Source: a virus
Strand: one strand, 5' to 3'
IMG/VR virus record: IMGVR_UViG_3300021373_002437
Span: 1-64,000 of that record
Length of the DNA stretch: 64,000 nt
Under the pieces are notes generated by a model. The model had not been told where the DNA came from, searched no databases, and was given only the letters and a program-made list of their open reading frames with translations. Below, piece after piece: positions 1 to 9,362 of this stretch. Both the position numbers and the translations under genes were made by a program. Within the stretch, counting starts at the first letter, position 1, and each line of letters starts with the position of its first letter.

Positions 1-3
1 GGG

Positions 4-573
4 TTGCTAGATAAATCTATTAATAGCTGGGTTATAGGAGAAAGGAGACCTGCGCTCGACGAGATAAAGAGATTTATTAATAATAACAATTTAAATCTAG
101 ACCCGAACGAGGTTTTTACCTTTTCATCGAAAGAAAAAACAGTGGATTCTTCCTTTTTATCACTCAAGACTGAAGGTAATCAAAATGTAATCCCTAAATT
201 TCTACTAGATAAAACAATATTTAGTTTTGTAACAGAGACTCACATTTATCAAAATATAACTTTAGTATCGGAAAAAACTTTTAAACCTCTTTTACAAAAA
301 CATCCTTTCATGGTTTATAGTCATCCTGAACACATGCACTATCTTCAAGAGTGTGGTTACGTCACTTATTCTGAAATGTTCGATGAATCTTATGATTATG
401 AAAATGATGAGAACAAAATAAAAATTTTAATTGATAATTTATTGTCCTTTAAAGATCGTGTAGTTGGCAAGGAACGTATTATCGAAGAGAAGTTGGAATA
501 TAATAGACAGCATTTTTTGACTATACCATGCAAGGAAAAAACAAAAAAGAAACTTTTGGATTTTTTTGAATGA
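4..573 (+). CDS. Hypothetical phage protein, probably 5'-truncated; possible GT10/fucosyltransferase-like C-terminal motif
   Basis: FSFVTET...VSEKTFKPL...HPF...FDESYD loosely resembles the E-x(n)-TEK motif of alpha-1,3-fucosyltransferases; stop overlaps the next ATG. Confidence 0.45.
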   Translation: MLDKSINSWVIGERRPALDEIKRFINNNNLNLDPNEVFTFSSKEKTVDSSFLSLKTEGNQNVIPKFLLDKTIFSFVTETHIYQNITLVSEKTFKPLLQKHPFMVYSHPEHMHYLQECGYVTYSEMFDESYDYENDENKIKILIDNLLSFKDRVVGKERIIEEKLEYNRQHFLTIPCKEKTKKKLLDFFE

Positions 574-2462
574 AGAAGATAGTATTGGTACAACCAAATT
601 ACAGGCAAGGGCCAAAAGAATTAAATGCATACTACCTCCCATATTCAGTAGGGGTACTATGGGCATATGCTATACAGTTTGAAACTATAACAAAAACCTA
701 TGAATTGGATAAAATTGTCTGGAAAAGGGATTTGATAGATGGTATAATAGATAGTTTCGATGACATAGATGTGGTAGCTTTCAGTACATATGTCTGGAAC
801 AAGAATTATAATTTTGAATTGGCAAGACGAATTAAAGAGCGAAACCCCTCTTGTATTACTATTTTCGGAGGACCAGAAATACAACTACAAAATAAAACGC
901 TCTTTTTACAGAACCCCTTTATGGATTATGTTGTAAAATTGGAGGGGGAATATGTGTTTAAAGATTTGTTGGAAAATTTGGATACCCCAGAACACATTAA
1001 AGGCATACTGATAAACAGGAACGGTGCAGTAATTGATACAGGAGAACCTACCCGAATTACGGATTTGAGTAGTTTACCCAGTCCATATCTTTCTGGTGTT
1101 TTCGATGGTTTGGTTGAAGATTATCCTGACGTTGAATGGAATGCCACATTGGAAACGAATCGCGGGTGCCCATATTCCTGTACCTTCTGCGATTGGGGCA
1201 GTTTAACATATAGTAAAGTTAAGAAGTTTGAATTAGATCGGGTATATGCAGAATTGGAGTGGATGGGTAAAACTGGCTGTGGATTTGTCAGTGTGACTGA
1301 CGCCAACTTTGGAATTTTCTTGGAGCGCGATAATCTAATTGTAGATAAACTTTTAGAAATACAAGAAGAGTACGGCAATCCATACACATTCAGCGTGACA
1401 TGGGCGAAGAACCAGAAGAGCGGGGTTATTGATATTGTTAAGAAGCTTACTGATAGTCCAAAGTCTAATCAGGGACTCACAGTAAGTGTTCAGAGTATGG
1501 ATTTGTCTGTTCTTGAAAACATTAAACGCAAAAATCTTAATCAGCATAAGATAGAAGAGATTTTTGAAATATGTGAAGAACGCAATATACCAACTTACAC
1601 AGAGGTAATATTGGGGTTACCGGGAGAAACCCTTGAGAGTTGGAAGCAAAATTTTTGGGAGTTGTTTGACGCTGGTGCCCACACCGGGTTAAATATTTTT
1701 CAGGCTCAACTACTAGAGAATGCTGAAATGAACTTGGGACAAACAGATGAATTTGAAATGACTTCTCAAGTTGTTTATGATTATATGAGTGGTAGTTATG
1801 ATGAAGACCCGATAAAAGAAGGGGTAAGAGCAGTAACTTCTACTAACACTATGTCTTTTGATGAGATGTTGGATGCACAAATTTTTAGTTGGTTTTTAAA
1901 TACATTTCATGTAAATGGGTTGACAAACTATATAAGTAGATTTTTACACAAAAATACAGATATAAATTATGAAAAGTTCTATGGTGGCTTGTATAAGTAT
2001 TTGCAACATGATAGCTGGTTCAAGGAGCAGGAAGATCAAGTAAGACAGTATTATAGAAAGTGGATGGAATCTGGTTTTATAAATCATCCAAAAATTGCTG
2101 GTGTTGAAATACACGGATGGAATTTAATACACCGTACAATTCTACAGATACATGTAGAAAAGAAAGTTGGTATGGTATTTGATTTGATATATAAATATTG
2201 TGAAAATATTTTTGATGGCGCAGAATTGTTAAATGATATATACAAATTTCAATCTACATATTTTATAGAGTGTGATGATAAGGTAAATTACCCAAAGACT
2301 ATTGATTTTAACTACGATTTTTTGTCTGGTGAATTTAAATTACCTGCGACTTATGTTTTCGATTTTCCAGAAGATAAAAACATGACAGACCAAACCTTTT
2401 TAGAGAATATATATTTTAGAAGGCGAAAAAATTTTGGTAAGGCTGAAATAAAGAAATTGTAA
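570..2462 (+). CDS. Cobalamin (B12)-dependent radical SAM enzyme (class B methyltransferase-like)
   Basis: N-terminal B12-binding-like region (FSTYVWN...IFGGPE...EGE), then ETNRGCPYSCTFCDW (CxxxCxxC), DANFG, ILGLPGET. Confidence 0.9.
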   Translation: MKKIVLVQPNYRQGPKELNAYYLPYSVGVLWAYAIQFETITKTYELDKIVWKRDLIDGIIDSFDDIDVVAFSTYVWNKNYNFELARRIKERNPSCITIFGGPEIQLQNKTLFLQNPFMDYVVKLEGEYVFKDLLENLDTPEHIKGILINRNGAVIDTGEPTRITDLSSLPSPYLSGVFDGLVEDYPDVEWNATLETNRGCPYSCTFCDWGSLTYSKVKKFELDRVYAELEWMGKTGCGFVSVTDANFGIFLERDNLIVDKLLEIQEEYGNPYTFSVTWAKNQKSGVIDIVKKLTDSPKSNQGLTVSVQSMDLSVLENIKRKNLNQHKIEEIFEICEERNIPTYTEVILGLPGETLESWKQNFWELFDAGAHTGLNIFQAQLLENAEMNLGQTDEFEMTSQVVYDYMSGSYDEDPIKEGVRAVTSTNTMSFDEMLDAQIFSWFLNTFHVNGLTNYISRFLHKNTDINYEKFYGGLYKYLQHDSWFKEQEDQVRQYYRKWMESGFINHPKIAGVEIHGWNLIHRTILQIHVEKKVGMVFDLIYKYCENIFDGAELLNDIYKFQSTYFIECDDKVNYPKTIDFNYDFLSGEFKLPATYVFDFPEDKNMTDQTFLENIYFRRRKNFGKAEIKKL

Positions 2463-3299
2463 ATGGAATTTTTTATTGAATATGAAACATATGAAGGGAA
2501 TTCAGATTCCTTGTGTTATTCTTTGTTTGAAAATGAGGTTGTTGATGCGTGGTTGGAATGTATCCAAATCGGTAGACCAGAATTGAATTTTGGTTTTTAT
2601 GGATTGTCTAGACTTGACATAGCAGAAGTATCTTTAAAATTGGCTGCTGCCTATGAGAAAATATCTGAAAAATTATTAGAAAAAGATCAAAACATCGATG
2701 TAAGTAAAATACTAATTGATGGTGCTGTCGATCAACACTTGTTAAATAGACTTCATGCAATTTTTCATCATTACAAAGATAGGGATTTGCAATATGGTTT
2801 AACCGGTAACACTTATCAAGAAATTCTACAACAATTGAATGGTTTGGTTCATTTACTAGAATCACAACCACACAAGAACTCCTACCAGTTTATAATTAAC
2901 CCGGTTAGAAACTATCGTGGAGTGGAAATTCCTGATCATTGGTATAAAAAATACTTTTCAGGGCCCGAACAACACGGAGATTTGGTTTTGGGGTACGGTA
3001 CTGTCGGCAAGGAATTGTTGGAAATATATAAAACAAAAGATGTAAAAAATTTAAATCTTATTAGCCCACAAAAATATGTGTATGGGGAATTTAGACAAAT
3101 TTTTAATGGAGAGATTAATTACATAAGTACAGAACAGCTTAGACTGTGGTGTGCAGAGAGTGGAAAATCTTCATTACATGAAAGAGAACTCTATACCTTT
3201 AGACCAAAGTTAGGAAAAATAAAAACAGATTTGAGCTTTAAACAATTGAGGCAAAAGTGCTTGACGTTTAAAAAAGTATTAGGAGTTGAGGTAGACTGA
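2463..3299 (+). CDS. Hypothetical protein, His/Asn-motif paralog 1
   Basis: LNRLHAIF...LQQLNGLVHLLE...GYGTVGK shared with 4576..5430 and 8303..9361. Confidence 0.75.
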   Translation: MEFFIEYETYEGNSDSLCYSLFENEVVDAWLECIQIGRPELNFGFYGLSRLDIAEVSLKLAAAYEKISEKLLEKDQNIDVSKILIDGAVDQHLLNRLHAIFHHYKDRDLQYGLTGNTYQEILQQLNGLVHLLESQPHKNSYQFIINPVRNYRGVEIPDHWYKKYFSGPEQHGDLVLGYGTVGKELLEIYKTKDVKNLNLISPQKYVYGEFRQIFNGEINYISTEQLRLWCAESGKSSLHERELYTFRPKLGKIKTDLSFKQLRQKCLTFKKVLGVEVD

Positions 3300-3332
3300 T
3301 GTAAGTGACTATGGTGTGTCATTGGTGATGTT

Positions 3333-4571
3333 ATGAAAATAGGTTTTATTGGAATCGGAAAACTTGGATTGTCTTGTGCTGAAAAGATTGCGGAATGTGG
3401 GTATTCCGTAGAGGGTTATGATATAACCCAAAAAAATACCAAAAATGTAAGTCAGGTTAGTACCATTGAGGAAGTAGTAGCAGACAAAGAAATCGTATTT
3501 GTGGCTGTCCCGACACCACATGACTCGAATTATGATGGTCGAAACCCCACATCACATCTGCCGCCCAAAGATTTTTATTATGATGTTGTTAAATCTGTTT
3601 TGGCTGAAGCAAACGACCATATGAATGAGAATCAAGTTCTTGTTTTGATCAGCACTGTTATTCCGGGCACCATAAGAAGTGAGATTATCCCTTTAATTAC
3701 TAATACTCAGTTTACATATAATCCTTATCTTATCGCCATGGGTAGTGTGTCTTGGGATATGGTAAACCCAGAAATGGTGATAATTGGAACTGAGACTGGT
3801 TCTAATGATGATGCTGCAAAGAAACTGGTAAATTTTTATAAGACCATAATGCAAAATGACCCAAGGTATGTACTGGGGACATGGGATGAAGCGGAAGCAA
3901 TCAAAATTTTTTACAACACATTCATCAGTACCAAGATTTCTCTTGTTAACATGATACAGGATGTAGCAGAAATTCAGGGAAATATTGATGTTGATGTGGT
4001 CACAGAAGCATTAGCACAAAGCGATATGCGTATCATGGGACCACAATATATGAAAGCTGGTATGGGTGATGGTGGTGGCTGTCACCCCAGAGATAATATT
4101 GCCCTAAGACACATGGCCCAGAAATTAGGTCTTGGGTATGACTTGTTTGCTAGTATAATGGGTGCCAGAGAGATGCAGGCAAAAAATCTTGCAAAATTAT
4201 TGGTTGAGCTTGCAGATACCCACAATAAGAATATATATATTCATGGAAAGTCCTACAAACCTGATGTAGATTTTTTGGATGGAAGTTACAGCATCCTTGT
4301 TGCATATTATTGTGAAGAGATTGGGTTTGATGTGACATACGTAGACCCCTTGACTGGGGATGATAATCAACCTGAAGAGCCATGTGTAATTCTTTTAGCC
4401 CACAGCCCAGCTACAACTTACAGATATACAACTAAGGAAACCGAAAAGGCAGATCAACTGTATTGCAAAATTCCTGATGGTAGTATAGTGGTTGACCCGT
4501 GGAGAAAATATGTTAATGAAAACTGCAAGGTAATACATTACGGCAACACCAGATATAACAGGGGGGGTTGA
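3333..4571 (+). CDS. ugd: UDP-glucose/GDP-mannose 6-dehydrogenase family
   Basis: GFIGIGKLG Rossmann motif, VAVPTP, ISTVIPGT, EAEAIKIFYN, GGGCHPRD catalytic Cys. Confidence 0.92.
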   Translation: MKIGFIGIGKLGLSCAEKIAECGYSVEGYDITQKNTKNVSQVSTIEEVVADKEIVFVAVPTPHDSNYDGRNPTSHLPPKDFYYDVVKSVLAEANDHMNENQVLVLISTVIPGTIRSEIIPLITNTQFTYNPYLIAMGSVSWDMVNPEMVIIGTETGSNDDAAKKLVNFYKTIMQNDPRYVLGTWDEAEAIKIFYNTFISTKISLVNMIQDVAEIQGNIDVDVVTEALAQSDMRIMGPQYMKAGMGDGGGCHPRDNIALRHMAQKLGLGYDLFASIMGAREMQAKNLAKLLVELADTHNKNIYIHGKSYKPDVDFLDGSYSILVAYYCEEIGFDVTYVDPLTGDDNQPEEPCVILLAHSPATTYRYTTKETEKADQLYCKIPDGSIVVDPWRKYVNENCKVIHYGNTRYNRGG

Positions 4572-4575
4572 GATT

Positions 4576-5430
4576 TTGTATATTAATGTATCTATATGTG
4601 ATGATGAAAAAGAACATACTTTTAGAATCGACCTGTTGTCTAACAAATATGTTGATCATTTATTTGAAAAACATGAAATATCTGGTAACTGGTCTTGGCA
4701 GAGAGTTGCTGTTCCGTCTGAATTGGATTATGATGCGGATAGAATAAAAGAATTGTGGGATGGGTGCCTTTCTTGTTACTATAAATTTTTAGACTTGATA
4801 GGAGCAAAAGATTTGGCAGCCCCCCCAGAAACTTTTGATTTTACCAATAAACATACGAATACTTTCCATCGAATTTTTACAACATACAACATTTCCTGTA
4901 CATACTATGGGGTTGAGTATGAATTTAAACAAGAAGCGTTGGATGAAGTGGAAGAACTTAATGTTCTTATTCATGAACTTGAAAAATATATTCCAAATAA
5001 AACAATCGATGATTTCAAGAAAGATTTTGGAAAGGTGGCGTGGATAGATATTCAGGGAGACAATCACGAGAAAGAAACTAGATTCAATTTTTATGAATCC
5101 GACAGAGAGTTTGTAAATAATTTTTCTGAGTATTGTAATGTTTTTTGCATCAAACATATATTGGGGAAAGACCATTTGATCGGTTATTTAAATGAAGATG
5201 AAAGTCATCATTGGGATATAACAAATTTTCATTTGGGTTATTGTGGGTTTTGTTTGGATTTCCGGGGCGATTTACAACGGGTGTGGAAATACCCACCGTT
5301 GAAAGATTGGGCTGGAGAGGTTTCTTTATCATATTATCCGGTGGGTAGAATATCCGAAGAAGATATGGATGTAATTAGAGGACTTTCTAGTAATGTGAAA
5401 GTTGTAGGGGTTGAATATATAAATGGCTGA
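4576..5430 (+). CDS. Hypothetical protein, His/Asn-motif paralog 2 (TTG start)
   Basis: TNTFHRIF...VEELNVLIHELE...HILGKD; AGGGGG SD-like sequence upstream of TTG. Confidence 0.7.
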   Translation: MYINVSICDDEKEHTFRIDLLSNKYVDHLFEKHEISGNWSWQRVAVPSELDYDADRIKELWDGCLSCYYKFLDLIGAKDLAAPPETFDFTNKHTNTFHRIFTTYNISCTYYGVEYEFKQEALDEVEELNVLIHELEKYIPNKTIDDFKKDFGKVAWIDIQGDNHEKETRFNFYESDREFVNNFSEYCNVFCIKHILGKDHLIGYLNEDESHHWDITNFHLGYCGFCLDFRGDLQRVWKYPPLKDWAGEVSLSYYPVGRISEEDMDVIRGLSSNVKVVGVEYING

Positions 5431-6883
5431 ACAATTCACGGACAATACGAAAAATGAAGATCGTATTAAGATTTTAGAGATAAAACGTGATCAAATCAAT
5501 GAGGTAAGTCCTTCTTTTTGTACTGCCAAATGGTTACAAACGACTCTTTATTTACAGACTGGATTTAATCATTCTTGTCACCACCCATCACCACACAAAA
5601 TACCAGTGAAAGAAGTTCTAGAAAATCCTGCTGCACTTCATAACAGCAAATTTAAAAAAGAACAGCGTGAAAAGATGTTGGCGGGAGAACGACCAAAAGA
5701 ATGTGATTATTGCTGGAATATAGAAGATTTAGATAATAAGTATTTCTCTGATAGGCATTATAAAACGTCCGACTATTGGGCTTGGGATAGGTTCGACGAG
5801 ATAACAAATTCAAATCCAGAAGATGATATTTTTCCTTCTTATCTGGAAGTTTCCTTCTCAAATGCTTGTAACTTTGCATGTTCTTATTGTTCCCCAGATA
5901 TAAGTTCGAAGTGGATGAAGGACATTAAAAGTAATGGCCCATATCCCGTCAAGTTTGGTAGCCACCACCTTTCTTATTTGCGAGAGAGAGAACAGTTCCC
6001 ATACTCACACGATGAATATAATCCATACGTCGAAGCCTTTGACAAATGGTTCCCAGAAGCGTATCCCCATCTAAAAGTTTTTCGTATTACTGGTGGTGAA
6101 CCAACCATGTCAAAAGATTTCTGGAAAACCTTGGATTTTATACTTGAGAATCCAAGACCCGATCTTGAGATTTCAATTAATACTAATCTGGGCACACCAA
6201 AAGAATTGATTGATCGTTTAATTGTTTATGCTAAGAAATTAGATGAGACTTGTAAGGAATGTTTAATATTTACTAGCTGCGAAGCCTACAAAGAGCAAGC
6301 AGAGTATATTAGAGACGGTATGAATTATGACTATTGGTATTCTAATATTGTAAGGTTCCTAGAAGAGACCGATTGTAAAGTTTGTACTATGACAACGATT
6401 AATGTGTTGAGCTTACCATCATTTTCTAGGTGGCTTGATGATATGATGCAGCTACGAATTAAATATGATAAAGACAAATATGCACACCGAACCCCGATAA
6501 GTTTTAATTATTTGAGGTTCCCACCACACTTACAGGTGACCATTCTACCAAGAAAATATAGAGAGCGGTTTGCTAGGGAATTATCGGCTACAGCATTACA
6601 GTGGCATAAGAGAAATACTAGAATTGCCCATGCGAAGATATATCTAGAAGAACAAGATCAGATTGCTAGGTTCTGTGAATATTTGTTGAAAGATACTACT
6701 TCTGGTCCAAAGTACCGGGAAAATTTTATGCAGTTCATACAGCATTATGATTATAGAAGAAATAAAAACTTTACTGAAACTTTCCCGCAATATAAAAAGC
6801 TTTATGGAGAATGGCAAGAAGAATATGCAGAATCTCTATCAGCCGATAAGAGAAATCTTGAGTTAGGTAACCACGTTGAGTGA
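5423..6883 (+). CDS. Radical SAM protein with N-terminal twitch/SPASM-like domain (subfamily A)
   Basis: C-x2-KW...SCHHP...ECDYCW N-domain; CNFACSYC; ITGGEP; C-terminal DYRR..F..TFP. Confidence 0.9.
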   Translation: MAEQFTDNTKNEDRIKILEIKRDQINEVSPSFCTAKWLQTTLYLQTGFNHSCHHPSPHKIPVKEVLENPAALHNSKFKKEQREKMLAGERPKECDYCWNIEDLDNKYFSDRHYKTSDYWAWDRFDEITNSNPEDDIFPSYLEVSFSNACNFACSYCSPDISSKWMKDIKSNGPYPVKFGSHHLSYLREREQFPYSHDEYNPYVEAFDKWFPEAYPHLKVFRITGGEPTMSKDFWKTLDFILENPRPDLEISINTNLGTPKELIDRLIVYAKKLDETCKECLIFTSCEAYKEQAEYIRDGMNYDYWYSNIVRFLEETDCKVCTMTTINVLSLPSFSRWLDDMMQLRIKYDKDKYAHRTPISFNYLRFPPHLQVTILPRKYRERFARELSATALQWHKRNTRIAHAKIYLEEQDQIARFCEYLLKDTTSGPKYRENFMQFIQHYDYRRNKNFTETFPQYKKLYGEWQEEYAESLSADKRNLELGNHVE

Positions 6884-8306
6884 TCATTTAATAGAATATA
6901 GAAAACGAGTCCTTGATGCGAAGTCCCCGTCTTTCTGTGGTGCGAAATGGTATAATGCTACTACTTGGTTAGGTAGTGGAACTACTGCATCGTGCCACCA
7001 CCCGACTGCTCATAAAATACCTCTTGTGGAGCTAGAGGCTGATCATACTGCAATACACAACACGAAGCATAAGAAAGCAGTTAGAAAGATGATGCAAGAA
7101 GGCGAAAGGCCAAAGGAGTGTGAATATTGTTGGCGCATTGAGGATATGGGTAAGGATTCTGTTTCGGATAGAGTTTTCAAATCAGAAATCTACAGCGAAG
7201 AAGACCTTCAGAAAGCTTATGAAATGGATTGGAAAGATAGTGTTGATTTAAAGACTTTTGAAATTGCTTTTGATCGAACATGTAACCTAGCATGTTCTTA
7301 TTGCAACCCCTCCTTTTCTTCTACGTGGGCTAGGGACATTAAAAAACTGGGTCCATACCAGAATCTTTTATCTGATGGAGCGGGTGCGTTTGAACAAGAT
7401 GGTTCTTGGACTGAGCCTTATGGTAGAGACGAAGAGAACCCGTATATCACAGCATTTTGGAAGTGGTGGGATGATGGGTTGTCAGATAGTCTAGAAGAAT
7501 TACGTATTACTGGTGGTGAACCCCTAATGTCTGGTAACACTTGGAAGTTATTTGATTGGTTTGAACAACAAGATTCTGACATGAGGTTTGCAATCAATAC
7601 AAATTTCATGGCAAAGGACGAAATTGTTGATCGTTTGATTGAAAAATCTCACCACATAAAACATTTTGAGCTTTATACTAGTGCTGAGTGTTATGGCACC
7701 CAGCAAGAATTTTTACGTGATGGGTTTGAATGGGATACATGGTCGAAAAATATGGACCGATTTGCAGAAGAGGGTAATTATCATAGCATAAATATCATGA
7801 TGACGATCACTGCTTTGAGTGTGTTTTCTATTACAGAATTCTTAGACGAAGTTACAGATATGAAGCAGAGAAGTCGTGCTGGCAAACATCCTGTAATAAG
7901 CGTCAATATTTTGAGGTTCCCTAGCTTCCAAAGCGTTGTGACATTACCAGAACATATAAGAGCATTTTGTAGAAACGAGTTGTTTCTTTGGATTGAAGAG
8001 AATAAAAATTTGCCCTGTTGGTTAGATTTTGAAATCGCCAGCCTGCAAAGACTGGTCGATTATCTGTATTCATACGACTCTCCATTTGAGAAGGCTAGTG
8101 AGTTGGAGGTTCGACAACAAGACTTAAAATCTTTCTTTGATCAATACTGTGATCGTAGAGGTAAGGACATAAACGTATTTCCAACAATTTTTACCGAATG
8201 GTATAATTCTTTGGAAAGTGGGTATAAGAAAGCAGCTTTGAAGTCTGGAGATAATACTAGATTTTTGGATGATAATAGATTAATAGAACTGAGGGACATA
8301 TTATGA
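6876..8306 (+). CDS. Radical SAM protein with N-terminal twitch-like domain (subfamily A)
   Basis: CGAKW...SCHHP...ECEYCW; CNLACSYC; ITGGEP; DRRG...FP. Confidence 0.9.
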   Translation: MSDHLIEYRKRVLDAKSPSFCGAKWYNATTWLGSGTTASCHHPTAHKIPLVELEADHTAIHNTKHKKAVRKMMQEGERPKECEYCWRIEDMGKDSVSDRVFKSEIYSEEDLQKAYEMDWKDSVDLKTFEIAFDRTCNLACSYCNPSFSSTWARDIKKLGPYQNLLSDGAGAFEQDGSWTEPYGRDEENPYITAFWKWWDDGLSDSLEELRITGGEPLMSGNTWKLFDWFEQQDSDMRFAINTNFMAKDEIVDRLIEKSHHIKHFELYTSAECYGTQQEFLRDGFEWDTWSKNMDRFAEEGNYHSINIMMTITALSVFSITEFLDEVTDMKQRSRAGKHPVISVNILRFPSFQSVVTLPEHIRAFCRNELFLWIEENKNLPCWLDFEIASLQRLVDYLYSYDSPFEKASELEVRQQDLKSFFDQYCDRRGKDINVFPTIFTEWYNSLESGYKKAALKSGDNTRFLDDNRLIELRDIL

Positions 8307-9361
8307 CAAAGACTGTTGTAATGACTTTACAAAATCCTCTTGATGAGAGTGATTTGTTGGAGATTGAATATGAAGTATTGGACACCACTATAGGTAACCA
8401 ATGGTTTGATCATTGCATCATGAATCTGAACAAACGACAAAGAGTTGAGAAAAATTTTTGTTGGTTGGGTTGGCCTGATCAAAACAGGACAGTTGAGTTT
8501 CTTGCAGAGCGACTAGAGCGTTGCGTTGATACTATAAATGAATTTGCGGATACTAATAATCCACATTGGAATGGATACCGTATAGAAAAGAGTTGGGAAG
8601 ATATTACCAGTGATGATGCCTTAAATCAACTTCATCACCATTTTGAAATTTTGATGGGACAGGTTTGGGATGTTGCAATCTATATGCGTTCTGCTGACCC
8701 AAAAACCTCCTATGCTATTCGGCAATTGAATAATTTAGTTCACGAACTACAAGCTAGGAAATATGCCAACAAATCTGGTATGACTGTTGTGAGTTATTTG
8801 GACCCGATTAGAGAAGAGTTTGACGAACAGCATTATGACAGCTTTTCTATAAACAGAAATTTTGGTGATATCTTCTTACATTACGCACAAACTGGAAAAA
8901 CACCAATAGAAGCATTTGAGGACAATGATGATTATGTGTTTAATAATAACATAAATGCATTGCGATACATGTCTGGTGAATTTAATATTTGGTGGAATGC
9001 TTCAACCTCTGAATCTGATGTAAATTCAACTAAAGAGAAACTTGGAGCATGGTTAAACGCCAGAGAAGTTATCATGCAAGAGCAAGATGATTTTTGTTAT
9101 TATGTTGACCCTGATGGTAATAAACAGGGTATCGGGTGGCTGACAGTAGCAAAGATAAAAAACCCTTTCGAAACAGAAGACGAATTGGTTGAAGAGGTTA
9201 ATAAGCGTCTTAATATATATAAGCTTGCCTGTTATATTGATGGTGAATTTGTTACTGAAATGCAGTGGGATTATAAGTGGTCTGATGAAGACTATATTGA
9301 AAATGAAGTAGAGTATTTGACTCCACTATTTCCATGCTCACAACCTAACGCTTTGGATTGA
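8303..9361 (+). CDS. Hypothetical protein, His/Asn-motif paralog 3
   Basis: LNQLHHHFE...IRQLNNLVHELQ...HYAQTGKT. Confidence 0.75.
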   Translation: MTKTVVMTLQNPLDESDLLEIEYEVLDTTIGNQWFDHCIMNLNKRQRVEKNFCWLGWPDQNRTVEFLAERLERCVDTINEFADTNNPHWNGYRIEKSWEDITSDDALNQLHHHFEILMGQVWDVAIYMRSADPKTSYAIRQLNNLVHELQARKYANKSGMTVVSYLDPIREEFDEQHYDSFSINRNFGDIFLHYAQTGKTPIEAFEDNDDYVFNNNINALRYMSGEFNIWWNASTSESDVNSTKEKLGAWLNAREVIMQEQDDFCYYVDPDGNKQGIGWLTVAKIKNPFETEDELVEEVNKRLNIYKLACYIDGEFVTEMQWDYKWSDEDYIENEVEYLTPLFPCSQPNALD

Positions 9362-9362
9362 A

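Noticed and set aside
4561-4567. G7 homopolymer as a phase-variation tract
   Set aside because: Short, at the very end of ugd, and explained as the SD for the TTG start at 4576
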